DNA of 64,000 nucleotides from Octopus vulgaris (taxonomy: Eukaryota), in NCBI GenBank assembly GCA_951406725.2, contig OX597816.1, positions 141,236,001 through 141,300,000 of the forward strand, in the 5' to 3' direction. A program made the position numbers and the translations under genes. Shown here piece by piece: positions 26,734 through 38,067 of the stretch (its first letter is position 1; each line of letters starts with the position of its first letter). The notes beneath the pieces were generated by a model, which worked only from the letters and a program-made list of their open reading frames with translations, was not told the origin of the DNA and searched no databases.

Positions 26734-27616
26734 TTGGGTCATCCCATAAATAATGCAGTTTTTTTATACTCATTTTATTTTTCAAAATTAAAACAAAGTT
26801 CTTTTTGAATCTAAAATCTGGTTGACTTGCAAGGCCCCACTTCCAAAATTCACTTGTCATTGATGAAAAATACTCCTCAAGTACTGTTCTGACCTCTTCT
26901 ACAGAAGTCGTATTCTTTTGGTCCAACTGTTTTTGAAGATTACGGAATAAATGATAATCAGATGGGGCAATGTCCAGCGAATATGGTTGGTGGAGTATCA
27001 TTTCCCATTCAAACTGTTCTGGTCTTTGGAATGTCATCCTTGCTGTATGTGGACAAGCATTATCCTGATGGAAGAACAGCTTTTGTCTTGAAATCAAAGA
27101 TGGTCGTTTTTCTTCTAGCGCTGATGTCGATGAACGGTCGAATGACCAAATCCAAGCTTCTTTGCTAGTTCCTCAATAGTTACAATGTGATTTTGTTCCA
27201 CCAGGGTTTGCATGATTTCCTCGTCGAACTCTACAGATCTTCCAGGACGAGGCTCATCTTCTAGGCTGTAGTTTCTGGCTCAGAATTTCTGGAACCACCA
27301 TTCATACTGGCATACGCTTATTGTCCGATCCCCACATACTGCATTAATATTCCTCTCACTCTCCATTGTGTTGTTAGCTTTATTGATCTCATAAAGCAAA
27401 ATATGCTGAATATGCTCGTTTGTCACTTCCACTATAGCTTTGAAAAAATAACCGTTAAAATCAAACTGCACTCTTCAAAACTTGCACTAAGAATAAATAC
27501 AAGGTAAAATTACTACCTGCTTTTATAGCAAGTTGATGCAGGTAGTTTATTCTGACTCCCTCCAACTTTTGTTTCATGCAATTGAAAAAAAACGCATTAT
27601 TTATGGGATGACCCAA
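26734..27616 (-). mobile_element. Internally deleted mariner (DD34D) transposon
   Basis: TIRs TTGGGTCATCCCATAAATAATGC, TA TSD. Transposase remnants FHQDNACPH...HQPYSLDIAPSDYHLF and N-terminal EHIQHILLYE. Only 883 bp long. Confidence 0.93.
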
Positions 27617-27629
27617 TACATATAGTATC

Positions 27630-28340
27630 CCATTCCAAAGAAAAGCAACCCCTCTGACCCAGCCAACTATTGTCCGATTGATTTCACTTCTAACAACTCC
27701 AACGTAATAGAGTATGCAATTAATAATCTTCTCCAAAACTTTGAATCTTTCTCAATGAACATCAGTTTGGTTTCTGCAGAACCGGATCTACACAACCAGT
27801 GGCCTCTCACTTTAGGGACGTTCAATGAAAGCAATGTTCTTGCACTCAACATCAGAAAAGGTCTTGATTACGTCTGGCATGCAAATCTCATATGACAACT
27901 TGCTACCTATAGGCTCTACATATCTCTCATCTCTTAAATCAGTAGCTTCCTATCTAATCATACTAGCATGGCATGTGTTTAGAGGTCTTTCAGCTCCTCT
28001 CACAGTCAAGTCTGAAGTTCTCTAGAGTTTGGTTTTGTCCCTAACTGTCTTCCTTTTATATATCAATAACCTTCTTGCCACAATATCCAGCAATGCACAC
28101 TTTTAGACAGGCAAACATTATTTTTCATTCTTTCCTAACTTTCCTCACTATACATCAGCCACACACAGTGGATCCATGTCAACCTTATTTCTTTTAATGG
28201 AAACCCTGCACCAAAAAAACCCCTCAAGAACTACTCATCAAGAAAACACCACTGCATTACACCCCTACTACACAAAAACAATACTAAGCTAGAGCCCTCA
28301 CTGTCACTCCAAATCTTGGACCTCACTTCCTGTCACTAAC
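27630..28340 (+). mobile_element. CR1/Jockey-like LINE reverse transcriptase fragment
   Basis: Degenerate ALNIRK.., EVL*SLVLSLTVFLLYINNL (GVPQGSVL-P-LFLLYINDL-like). Similar downstream portion at 47900-48600. Confidence 0.6.
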
Positions 28341-29629
28341 CCTTACCTACTATTCAAGTAATGGATTGTTTATTCCATTCATCTTTAAAAATGTAGAGCT
28401 GTTAACAGGAAATATCAAGAAGGGGCACTATTTTTTTTACTGAACACTTTTATGTAAGGATACTGAATGTAAACTATCACATAGACAAGTACATATGTGT
28501 ATAATATATATACATGCATAATATATATACACAATATCATCATTTTAATGTCCACTTTTCCATGGTTGGGTGGGTCAGATGGAATTTGTTGAAGCACATT
28601 TCTGTACCCAACCTTTGTCTGTTTCCAAGTATGCTAATATTCACCCCACCCCCACGACCAGACATGATTTTAAGGAAGATTGAAAACAAAAGACACTGCA
28701 TGCATGACAGTGACATTTGCTTATAACTATCACATGAAGTCAAGGCAAGGAGACAGTAACACACACACATATATAATGGGTTTCTTTCAGTTTCCATCTA
28801 CCAAATCCACTCCGAAGGCTTTGATTGGCCTGGTGCCTTGCAATGGGACTGAACCTGAAATCAGGTAATTGGCAAGCAAACTTCTTATTACACAGCCATG
28901 CCCGCATTTACACACAGACACATGCTCTACCATTTCCACTCACAAGCTGACCCAAAGCTACAGCAGATCTTAACTCAAGATGCCAGGCACCGACAGAATT
29001 TTAAGATAACAATTTACAACATTTACATAGTTACACATACTTTAAATTTCATTATTTCTTTTTTTATTTCTGAAAGTATAAAGGTTCTTTTTCGCTCTTG
29101 TTACATTCACCATTGGGATAAGAGTAATCATAAAATGTCACACAGATACCCTTATTTTGTCAAGGTAATATTATAGATTTAAAAAATTAATTCATGCCCT
29201 CAGTTATCATTTTGTTGACTTTACTTTTGGCATATCATTACATATCTTATTGTCTTGTATGTGTTAGAGTCTATATTGTCAATATCAGACTCATTGCTCA
29301 AATTTTCATTGAATAGACTTTATGGAAGAATCTAGTTTGGTAAATGATGAACATATTTCAACACAGGATTGTCAACAAAGGTCATTTAATAACCAGAAAA
29401 TTGTAGTAAATAACACTTTGGTATGTTCCAGTTTGAAAGAAGCCAGATATTTTACAAGGATACTATGATGTAGGCAGATGCAGTTTCAGATACAAATGTG
29501 CATGCATACATATGCAGAGGTATTACTTCTAATAAAAACCTGTAGAATGCTAAAATAGTGTGAGATACTTATTGAAAATTTTACTTACAAAAGCAATACA
29601 TTTCAGCCATTCATAGTTAAAATAATACA

Positions 29630-29635
29630 TTTATT
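29630..29635 (-). terminator. candidate polyadenylation signal AATAAA for FAM192A
   Basis: tttatt on plus strand about 310 nt downstream of the stop codon. AT-rich context, so weak evidence. Confidence 0.35.
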
Positions 29636-29945
29636 AAATCTACATGTTTTTTTTTATATTAATCAAGGGATTTAAAGGGATATTCCCAGTACATTACTGG
29701 AAAACATTTATAAGGAATTATTTTTACATTATCCCTTTAGAATACAGAAACAGCTGTAGCAAGTTATTATGAAGCAAGGTATCACAAAAATGGGGATATC
29801 TTACTAAATTAAGGCTTCTTTCTTTGTACAATGCCAAAGTTTTGTTTCTTTTCTTTTTCTTTTAGACTGATTCTATGTAAATAATTCACAGAATAAAACA
29901 CAGATCTGCTAAGATTTACATATTTAAAAATTTTGTGGAAAGTTT

Positions 29946-30160
29946 TCATAATTGTACTCGGTCACGTGTCATTCGTTTTAGCTCATGTTCTGTGTGTAAA
30001 GAACTTGTCATCATACAGGGAGCATCAAGGTCAGAATCTTCACTACTTGATGTTTCTGAATCAGAGCTGGCATTTGAGTAGATACCAATACTTGGAAGAA
30101 TGTATCTCACTTGAGCAATGTTCGATTTAAATACTTTCTTAGGAATTTCTTCTGAAGGCT
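29946..30160 (-). CDS. FAM192A: FAM192A coding exon 6 (terminal)
   Basis: Poly-T acceptor ...catgtttag. Encodes (E)PSEEIPKKVFKSNIAQVRYILPSIGIYSNASSDSETSSSEDSD...RVQL*, matching the ILPGLGAYS-SSDSESSSD acidic serine-rich PA28gamma-binding tail. Summed CDS is 723 nt = 240 aa plus stop. Confidence 0.93.
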
Positions 30161-30172
30161 CTAAACATGAAA

Positions 30173-30229
<57 letters not shown>

Positions 30230-30689
30230 ATTCAGGATTATAACTGATTCAGTAGATTTGACAAAAATTTAGATTTAAAAAATACACTAAAAAAGTTTCC
30301 AAAAAAATATAAACAGTATTTTTGATGTAAAGATAAGCAGCTGATGGAAAATAAGTCCAAATTTTGCTATGTTTGATTCATGACCAATAAGAATCTATGG
30401 GCTTAAAATGAAATATTACTGCTATTTAATGCTTGCATTTATATTATAGCCAAATAAACTGACACACCAAGTGCATATAAAAAATGTTTGGTAGGAATAA
30501 GTTTTACTAAGTTTTAATAAGAAAGAAAACAGGATTTAATCTCCATTGGAGACATGGCTGTATTAAATATGAAAAAAAAGAGTAAGTAGGAATTTAATAT
30601 TTTGTACCCAATGTAAACTGTGAGTGTATAAATGCAGTGGAAAAAAAGGTAGGGTGACAAGAAAAATTTTGTCTGTAAGAGTGTTAGCA

Positions 30690-31580
30690 TTAACAACATC
30701 CATGAATTATATTTTTGCAAAAGATATGAAGGTTTCTTAGAAGTAGATGATGGTTTCTGAACCTAGACGACCTAATTAGCAGAAGAAGTGGAAGTTCTGA
30801 AAGCACAATAGCTAGGGTAAAGATAGGGTGGAAAAAGTTCAGAGAACTATTATCTCTGCCGGCAACAAAAGAATTTTCCCCTTCATTGAAATGTAGGTTG
30901 TATGATGCTTGCATACAAAGTAAAATGTTGTACAAGGAGGTGCTGAAAAGTTCTTGGTATTAGGTAAAAGAAAAAACAGGAGGATCAGTTAATTATGATT
31001 TTATTCAACATATTCCCCTCTCAGATTCACACACTTATTACAGTGGTCCTTCAGTTTTTCTAAGCCATATAAAAGAACTTCGAACGTTGGGCTTCCAACT
31101 AGGCCTTTTGCAATACCCTTAAAGCTAGGAACTTTTCAACACCCCTTTGTATGATAACAAAACATAGGCACTGAATGCAGAGAAGATGCAAATGCTTGAG
31201 TGAAATGAAGCAAAGATGCTCTGCTCTATGCTGGATATATAATATTAGTGAGTGCATGATGAAGCACAAATGAACTGAGAGGAAAACTGGAAATAATTGG
31301 AATCCGATATAGTATACAAAAGAAAAGACTAAGCTGGTATGGAAATGCAGTGTGAATGGAGGACAGACTATTGGGTAAATAAGTGCCAAGCAACCTAAGT
31401 TGAAGGAACCTGCAGAAAGGAAAGACATGGAAAAAAGTGGTAAAGACATCTCAAGAGGCTAAATCTCATGAAGGAAATGACAAAGAATTAAAGAATGGGC
31501 AAGACACTGTGCTCAATCTATGCAAGACACTCACTCAATCTATACAAGTATGGAAAAAAATGGGTGATGATGGTGATGAC
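30690..31580 (+). mobile_element. Old RTE LINE 3' fragment interrupted by a mariner-derived MITE
   Basis: FLEVDDGF*NLDD..., GWKKFRELLSL, RLSWYGNAV, GTCRKERHGK-type remnants and a gatgatggtgatga tail. Confidence 0.7.
30933..31149. mobile_element. Mariner-derived MITE
   Basis: TA|CAAGGAGGTGCTGAAAAGTTC ... GAACTTTTCAACACCCCTTTG|TA. Confidence 0.8.
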
Positions 31581-31789
31581 CTTTTTGGTCAAAATCTAGG
31601 AGAGAATTGCAATAGGTTGTTATAGAACAAAAACAACTGGTTATGCCAACATCTTAATAAAGCTCAGCATTAAAGCTACACAGGTAGCTCTATGATATTA
31701 ACAGGATTGTGAGCAGGATAAATACTTAAAATATTACACTACTGAGTGGTAATTAATTAATAAGCTGCTTAAGTTCCATCAATGACAAT

Positions 31790-32270
31790 TCAAAATTAAC
31801 AAGACCTGGAAGAGAAAGGCTTTTTCTCAAGGAAACATTTGATGTGGTGCAGCAAAATCCAAAAGGAAGCTGTAAGGATGACTCCCATTCTGACCAGCAG
31901 GAAAAACACCAAAACTGCAACTTGGGTTCTTAAATTTAGATGGTTGTAGAAGATGAGAAGTGAAGAGCTGTTGCAGAAGGAGGGAGGTAGGTGCCATTGG
32001 AAGAATAGATCCTGAAGTACAAGTGGGGATGGTTGGGCCAGAATTTAAGGAAACCAGCATCCTGCATTATATGTGAGGTCCTGGCATGGGACCCACAAGG
32101 GGAGTGGAAGAGAGGATGTCCTAAAAATAATTGGAGGTGGGATATTAAGGCAGAGCTGAGAAGGGATCCAACTGGAGAGAAAGCAGAAAAGAAACCAGAA
32201 TCAGGAAGAGAAGAGAAAAATCATTAATAGCATATGCTCCATAGGAAGCAGAGGGCTTGAGTAAGAGTAT
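31790..32270 (+). mobile_element. RTE/BovB-like LINE C-terminal fragment
   Basis: ORF 32033..32227 contains LAWDPQGEWKRGCPKNNWRWD (W-P-G-R-RGRP-W motif). Confidence 0.7.
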
Positions 32271-32962
32271 TGTTGCTTTGAGATTGACTTTCATCATTCA
32301 TAAATAAATGCTGCATTGTTTGTCTAAGGCAAATGAATCATCATCATCATCATCATTTAGCGTCTGCTTTCCATGCTAGCATGGGTTGGACGGTTCAACT
32401 GGGGTCTGGGAAGCCAGAAGGCTGCACCAGGCCCAGTCTGATCTGGCAATGTTTCTACGGCTGGATGCCCTTCCTAACGCCAACCACTCCGTGAGTGTAA
32501 TATAAATTCTAATTTCAAAATAAATAAGTGAAAGTTCAAACAAATCAAAACATAGACATCTAATATGTTCTATCTAAATATCTACAATTAAACATGCTCT
32601 GAGATTATTTTAATTTGTTTTGAGTTTGTTTTAATTTGTTTCATGCTTATGAAAATTTGCTTTGAGGCTATTTTAAGTTTTAACTAGAGATGAATATGGG
32701 TTTATCTGTATAAGAATTCAACTGATAAAATATCTAAGCTCTCCCATTTCATTTTCTATATTAGATGTGATCTATCTTTCCATTAATCATCTCAATCAAA
32801 TTGCCACAGTTTTGAGGTTTTGCCATCCCAACTACTTGCGAAAGCAGATTCCCATTTTTTGGTTTGAATGGTATACCTTTCTCTTTCAATTTACACGGTG
32901 TTCAACTTGTCACTTGGGAAATTTAGAAATTCCATAGTGGAATAAATAAATATCAGAATTAC

Positions 32963-33009
32963 CTGTTTGTTTTTTCTCAGAAATTTCCACATTTGTCTTT
33001 TCAGGACTC
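32963..33009 (-). CDS. FAM192A: FAM192A coding exon 5 (47 nt)
   Basis: Acceptor tttcctttttattgtag, donor G|gtaatt. Encodes (G)SPEKTNVEISEKKQT. Phases 2 to 1 exactly bridge exons 4 and 6. Confidence 0.8.
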
Positions 33010-33789
33010 CTACAATAAAAAGGAAATGGATCTTTGGATAAAATTCAAAATGAATAGTTGAAAGAAATGATGAAGTGGGGACAAGAAGGATAGAGTGAAA
33101 AAACAAGCCAACAACAAAAAGTGAAAGAAAATTGTGCTCCCATCATGAAACAAATTTAATTACTGTAATACAGAATTGTTAATAGTTAGTCAATACTTCC
33201 TTGAAGCCCTTTAGCATTCAGATTACTCTGTCAAAAGTAATGTTTGTTTATTCTCGTAGCTTCAAGATTTCAATGATGTGATTGTTTACTTTTAGATTCA
33301 CACTACAAGGTAGGTGTGAGAGGCTGGATCTTCCTGGTTTAAAAATAAAACAAGTAGAATATTTGGGCTGAATATAGCCAGATCGAATGCTAACTAATTG
33401 TCTCCTCTGCTTTGTTTTAACCAGAATGATTAATCCCATCACTATGAATGGAATCTTAATTAAAATCTCTTGGTTAATGACATTATGTAAACTAGATTCC
33501 ACTTTACTATTAAGTTTTCATGCAACACAGTAATACAGTATTGGTTTTGGTAGTCATATGCAGGAGCCAGACTGGCCACTGCCTTCTTTAAATTTAATAT
33601 AACTTCAACTACAGCAGAGACATGTATATTAAGGGACCACCCTGTGTGGTCTACACACCTTATGTCATGCCATTGATGTAACAGGTATCCTTGACAATCC
33701 TATCAAAAACAACTCCTCCAGAAGTATGTTCTTTCATCAACTTGGATTAAAGTATTATTATTCTGAAAATTGTTTTTAAACTGTTGCTC

Positions 33790-34370
33790 TTCATCATCAA
33801 CGTCATTTAACATCCGCTTTCCATGATGGCATGGGTTGGACAGTTTCACTGAAGACTGGCAAGCCAGAAGGCTATACAAGGCTCCAATCTGATCCAGCAA
33901 GGTTTCTATAGCTGGATGCACTTCCTAACACCAACCACTCCGAGAGTGTAGTGGGTGCTTTTTACATACTACTGGCATGAGGGACAGTCAGGCAGTAATG
34001 GCATTGACCATGCTTGAATGGTGCTTTTTATGTGCCACCGGCATGGGAGCCAGTCAGGCGCCACTGGCAACGACTGGTTGATTGGTGTTTTTTAGATGCT
34101 ACCGGCACGGGTGCCAGTAAGGCAGTACTGACATCAGCCATGATGACTTCACTTGCCTCAACAAGTCTTTGCAAGCACAGTTTATTACCCAATGACTGAA
34201 GGATACTTTTAAATGGGCTGGTTATGCTGCACTGGTATAGTCCACGGTTATTGTTTCACTTGGCTTGCCGAGTCTTCTCAAGTACAGCATATCTCCAAAG
34301 GTCTCGGTCACTCAATATCACCTCTGTGAGGCCCAACGTTCAAAGCTCGTGCTTCACCACCTCATCATTG
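33790..34370 (-). mobile_element. RTE LINE 3' fragment
   Basis: Colinear with 20200-20885. Further copies at 38655-38970, 54510-55040 and 55065-55755. Confidence 0.85.
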
Positions 34371-34903
34371 TAATAAACTCACAGACATTAAATAACAAAG
34401 GACAACAACAAATAAAAGTTATCTATTAATTATCATTATAAAGTTCAATAAGCTTCTGAATGGTTTTGGAAGAAAATATCCATTTCAAATATATGTGGCT
34501 GTGTGGTAAGGAGCTTGCTTCCCAATCACATGGTTCCAGGTTCAGTCCCACTGTGTGACACTTTGGGCAAGTGCCTTGGGCCAACCAAAGCTTTGAAAGT
34601 GGATTTAGTAGATGGAAACTGAAAGAAGACTGTTATATATATGTGTGTGTATTTGTCCCTCCATCACCACCTGATAACTGGTGTTGGTGCTTATGCCCCA
34701 GTAACTTAGCAGTTCAGCAAAAGAGACCAATAGATTAAGTACTAGGCTTAAGAAATAAGTCCTGGGGGTCCAGCATGGCCTCAGTCAAATGACTGAAACA
34801 AGTAAAAGAATATATATAATGCTATACATTGAATGCATAAAAATCTAATCATATATTCAAATTACAATAAAAGAATCCAGATAATGAAGCACAAAGTCAA
34901 TAC

Positions 34904-35028
34904 CCTTTCCTCTTCACAGCACCTAGCAACAGTTGAGCTTGAGATTTTGTTTTAGTAGCTCCTACTTGGGCACGTGAAAATTTCTTCTCTTCAGGTTTAT
35001 TTTCTTTGAGTTTGGTCAAAGCTGCAGC
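34904..35028 (-). CDS. FAM192A: FAM192A coding exon 4
   Basis: Follows the AC acceptor. Encodes AAALTKLKENKPEEKKFSRAQVGATKTKSQAQLLLGAVKRK (SQA-LL-GAVK family motif). Donor GG|gtattg, phase 2. Confidence 0.92.
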
Positions 35029-35554
35029 GTAAACAGTTAAGGAGGATGCAACAATACACATAACTAATTGTATACAAAAAACTGAAGGTGTGGTTTCCTG
35101 TAATAAATAATTTTGTTAATGAAACTGAAAAGTTATGAGTTCAAGTATTGCAAGCTAAAGAAAGTCATCAATTACATTAAACATGTACTGTATATTTGCA
35201 GATGGGCAAACTGGGACAATGCATAGTGTCAATGATTGGATATAACTCATATTTTAGATTATATTTTAACTGATAAACTGACATTGTTTTACCTGAGCTA
35301 AGTGTGACACTATCTCTCTCTATATGTATAAAAGATGAGACAAATCTAAAACTTAATGCAGCATCAGTGACATGATTAAGTTAAAACACTTCAAGATACA
35401 AAACTAATCTGTTAATAATTTAACAATCACACTTCTTAAACATAGAAATAAATAAAAAAAAAATGTAAGATGTGTCTAAAATGTTTTGGATACAGAAATA
35501 TTTAGAAACTATTTCAATTTGGCCCTGGAAACAGGTCCATCATTCAAAGGATAT
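35029..35554 (-). other. U12-type (minor spliceosome) AT-AC intron of FAM192A, 526 nt
   Basis: Minus strand begins ATATCCTTTG (35554) and ends TCCTCCTTAACTGTTTAC (35029): U11 5' splice-site consensus, U12 branch point TCCTTAAC close to the terminal AC. Splicing here keeps the FAM192A frame. Confidence 0.93.
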
Positions 35555-35676
35555 AGACATTTCTTCCATAACATTTGCTTGTTCTTTTTCTCTTTCTTTC
35601 TGTAATCTTTCTTGTTGCTTAGAAATGTAATCCAAAAAGCTGACCTCATCCTCTTCTAAACCTTTTACTGAATTTC
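35555..35676 (-). CDS. FAM192A: FAM192A coding exon 3
   Basis: Acceptor ctctgtttctcag. Encodes (R)NSVKGLEEDEVSFLDYISKQQERLQKEREKEQANVMEEMS (GLDEDE-FLD family motif). Ends at a U12 donor ATATCCTTT, phase 0. Confidence 0.93.
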
Positions 35677-36435
35677 CTGAGAAACAGAGGAAGAATGGAC
35701 AATTATAACATTTGAAAGAATAAAAAGTTAGATATATGTGTTCACATGTAAAGATATTTTTCATTCAAAACTACTTCTTACATCACAAACAGCTGCTGAC
35801 TATAGTGTGTTCGATCTAAATTTGATATTTCATGTCCCCTTTTTCAGGAGCAGCTTGATGTACTGGTGAATAGTCAACAGTGCTGGAGAGCATAAAGATT
35901 AAAGTTGGAGTTGAGAATAAGATAGCTGACATGGAGGACTGGAAGCCATCTGAATACTGGAAAAAAGTTACCTGTATCATGATGATTTGTGCTGGGTATC
36001 AAAATGCCCACATCATGACTGTTTGCTCAGTGTTCTGTGAACAGTGTAAAAGCTGTAAGACATGATATGGATAGCTGCAATGGAAGCTTTGAAGCCATGG
36101 CCAGCAGGAAGGGACACAGTAGGCATTCTGACTGTATCTGCACACCAAAATTCATCCCCACATCACTGAACAGGACGTTAGGCTTAATTCAGATACTTAC
36201 ATATCTGAGGTAAATAGTGGCTTCACAGAAATGACCTAAACTACTTTTCAATAAAAAACACTTTTATTCATTAATATAAAGTTGCCTCTTCTACCACTGA
36301 CACCCAAACTCAAAATATTCATCTGTCACTGCTCACCAACCAAATTTTCTCTTTAAATACTATCTAAATTGTTTTCTCAGTGTAGGAAAGAGAACAGCAA
36401 TTTGTCAACATATTATGCTCTAATTTGAAGATTAA

Positions 36436-37236
36436 CCCTAGAAAACATGAAAAAAAATTAAAGTTACATAAAACATGAAGGTGACCACACTGGTCCAAGT
36501 CAGATTTTCATTGAAAAATATGTACAAAACAAAAAAATTTTATTTACACAGTTCAAGTACAAAACTGTTTGATCTCTGTGGCTTTCACTTGCAAAAATCT
36601 GATATTTTTGACAGCTAATTCTACTCTTCTCCTTTTTTTCCCCTGAAAGACAAATCCTGCAAAATCCTCATGAGCTACCTGTTTATTTCTCTTTTGGATA
36701 CTGAAATTACGTCTTCAGATTCTCCATCACCAAGGAGTTCTTCAGCCAGCATTTTAAGAAATTTAAGTCTAGATAGGTGTTTGTTCTGTTTGAATTATGG
36801 GTACTTTTCAATAAACAACAAAAAAGCATTGTATGCTCCTGTATCAATCAGGTTGAAAAACACTGCCATTAATTATCATCGTGCAGCTCATTTCACTGAA
36901 TAGTATCTAACCTGCTGGTCAAGTGTCCCATAGAAGTTCTCAAACACTAATGAAAACTTGAGAACATGTTTCTTGATACAAAATTACCATTTTTATCTAC
37001 AGACTAAGACACACTAATGACAGGATCACAGTTGTCCAGTCTATGTTTCCACAGAACATTTTTTGAAATTTAAAGCCCAAACTTAAAATGAAAAAACTTC
37101 TTTTACCAAAAAATTGGGATAAGAAGTTGAAGATATAGTATTAATTTACAGCACCAATAATTTAAATTAAATAAAAAATTTTTGCAGCAAAAGAAATGGC
37201 TTCAACACAAAAAAAAAACTTCCAAGTTTTTCAGGG
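36436..37236 (-). mobile_element. Internally deleted piggyBac transposon
   Basis: TTAA|CCCTAGAAAACATG ... CAAGTTTTTCAGGG|TTAA. Minus-strand remnants GTLDQQVRYYS, NLIDTGAYNAF and FLKMLAEELL match the piggyBac transposase C-terminal half. Confidence 0.75.
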
Positions 37237-37968
37237 TTAACTAAATATCACAAAGCATTTTGTCTGCACTTTATTAATTGTACCACTCCAAAATTCTTGA
37301 AATATTTTATGGCAGTGCTCCAGTATTGTAAGAATCATAATGAGCTGAACCCATAGAAATACAAAATCTCAAGACAAACCACAGTTATCAGCAAATCAAC
37401 ATTGTTAGCACGTTGGGCAAAATGCTTAGTGGCATTTTGTCTGTCCTTACATTCTGAGATCAAATTTCACCGAGGTCGATGAAATAAGAACTAGTCCTGC
37501 ACTGGGGTCAATGTAATCGACTAGCTCCCTCCCCAATAATTTCAGGCTTTGTATCTACAATAGAAAGGGTTATTAAGCTGATGTTAACGACATGATTTAA
37601 GGTGAAATATTGATGAAAATTCAAAATTTTGATGGAGATTTTCTGTTTTAAAACAGGAAATCTATATCATAAAACCAATGGGCAGTTTTGGGTGAACTGA
37701 TTTCAAAAGTGATAATGTTTAGATTTGAGAATACAGAGATTAATTTTAGGTTTCTAACATTTTGATCTTTATCAATGGTACAAGGCCACAAACATTTTGA
37801 GATGGAACAGTCAATTAGATCAACCACAGTATTTGACAAGTACTTATTTTGTCAATTGAAAATGTGAAAAGTGAAGTCAACCCTATCAAGATTTGAAATT
37901 TGAGCGCAAAGGGACTTAACTAAATAAGGATATTAAAACAAGGTAATGAACATGCGACAAAAACTTAC

Positions 37969-38067
37969 TGTTTCGTTGTTCTTCTTCATATTCGTCCTCT
38001 TTCTTTTTCTTCTGTTCTTGGAGTTTATCGAATAAAGAACGATTATCTACCACTTCTTCTGGACACT
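37969..38067 (-). CDS. FAM192A: FAM192A coding exon 2
   Basis: Acceptor tttatctttag, donor A|gtaagt, phase 1-1. Encodes (E)CPEEVVDNRSLFDKLQEQKKKKEDEYEEEQRN, matching the conserved D-RSLY/F-LQEQK motif. Confidence 0.95.

Noticed and set aside
35540-35764. ORF-track product ending ...EEMSISFE* as the FAM192A C-terminus
   Set aside because: The frame leaves the exon at the AT-AC donor (35554); conserved downstream exons exist.
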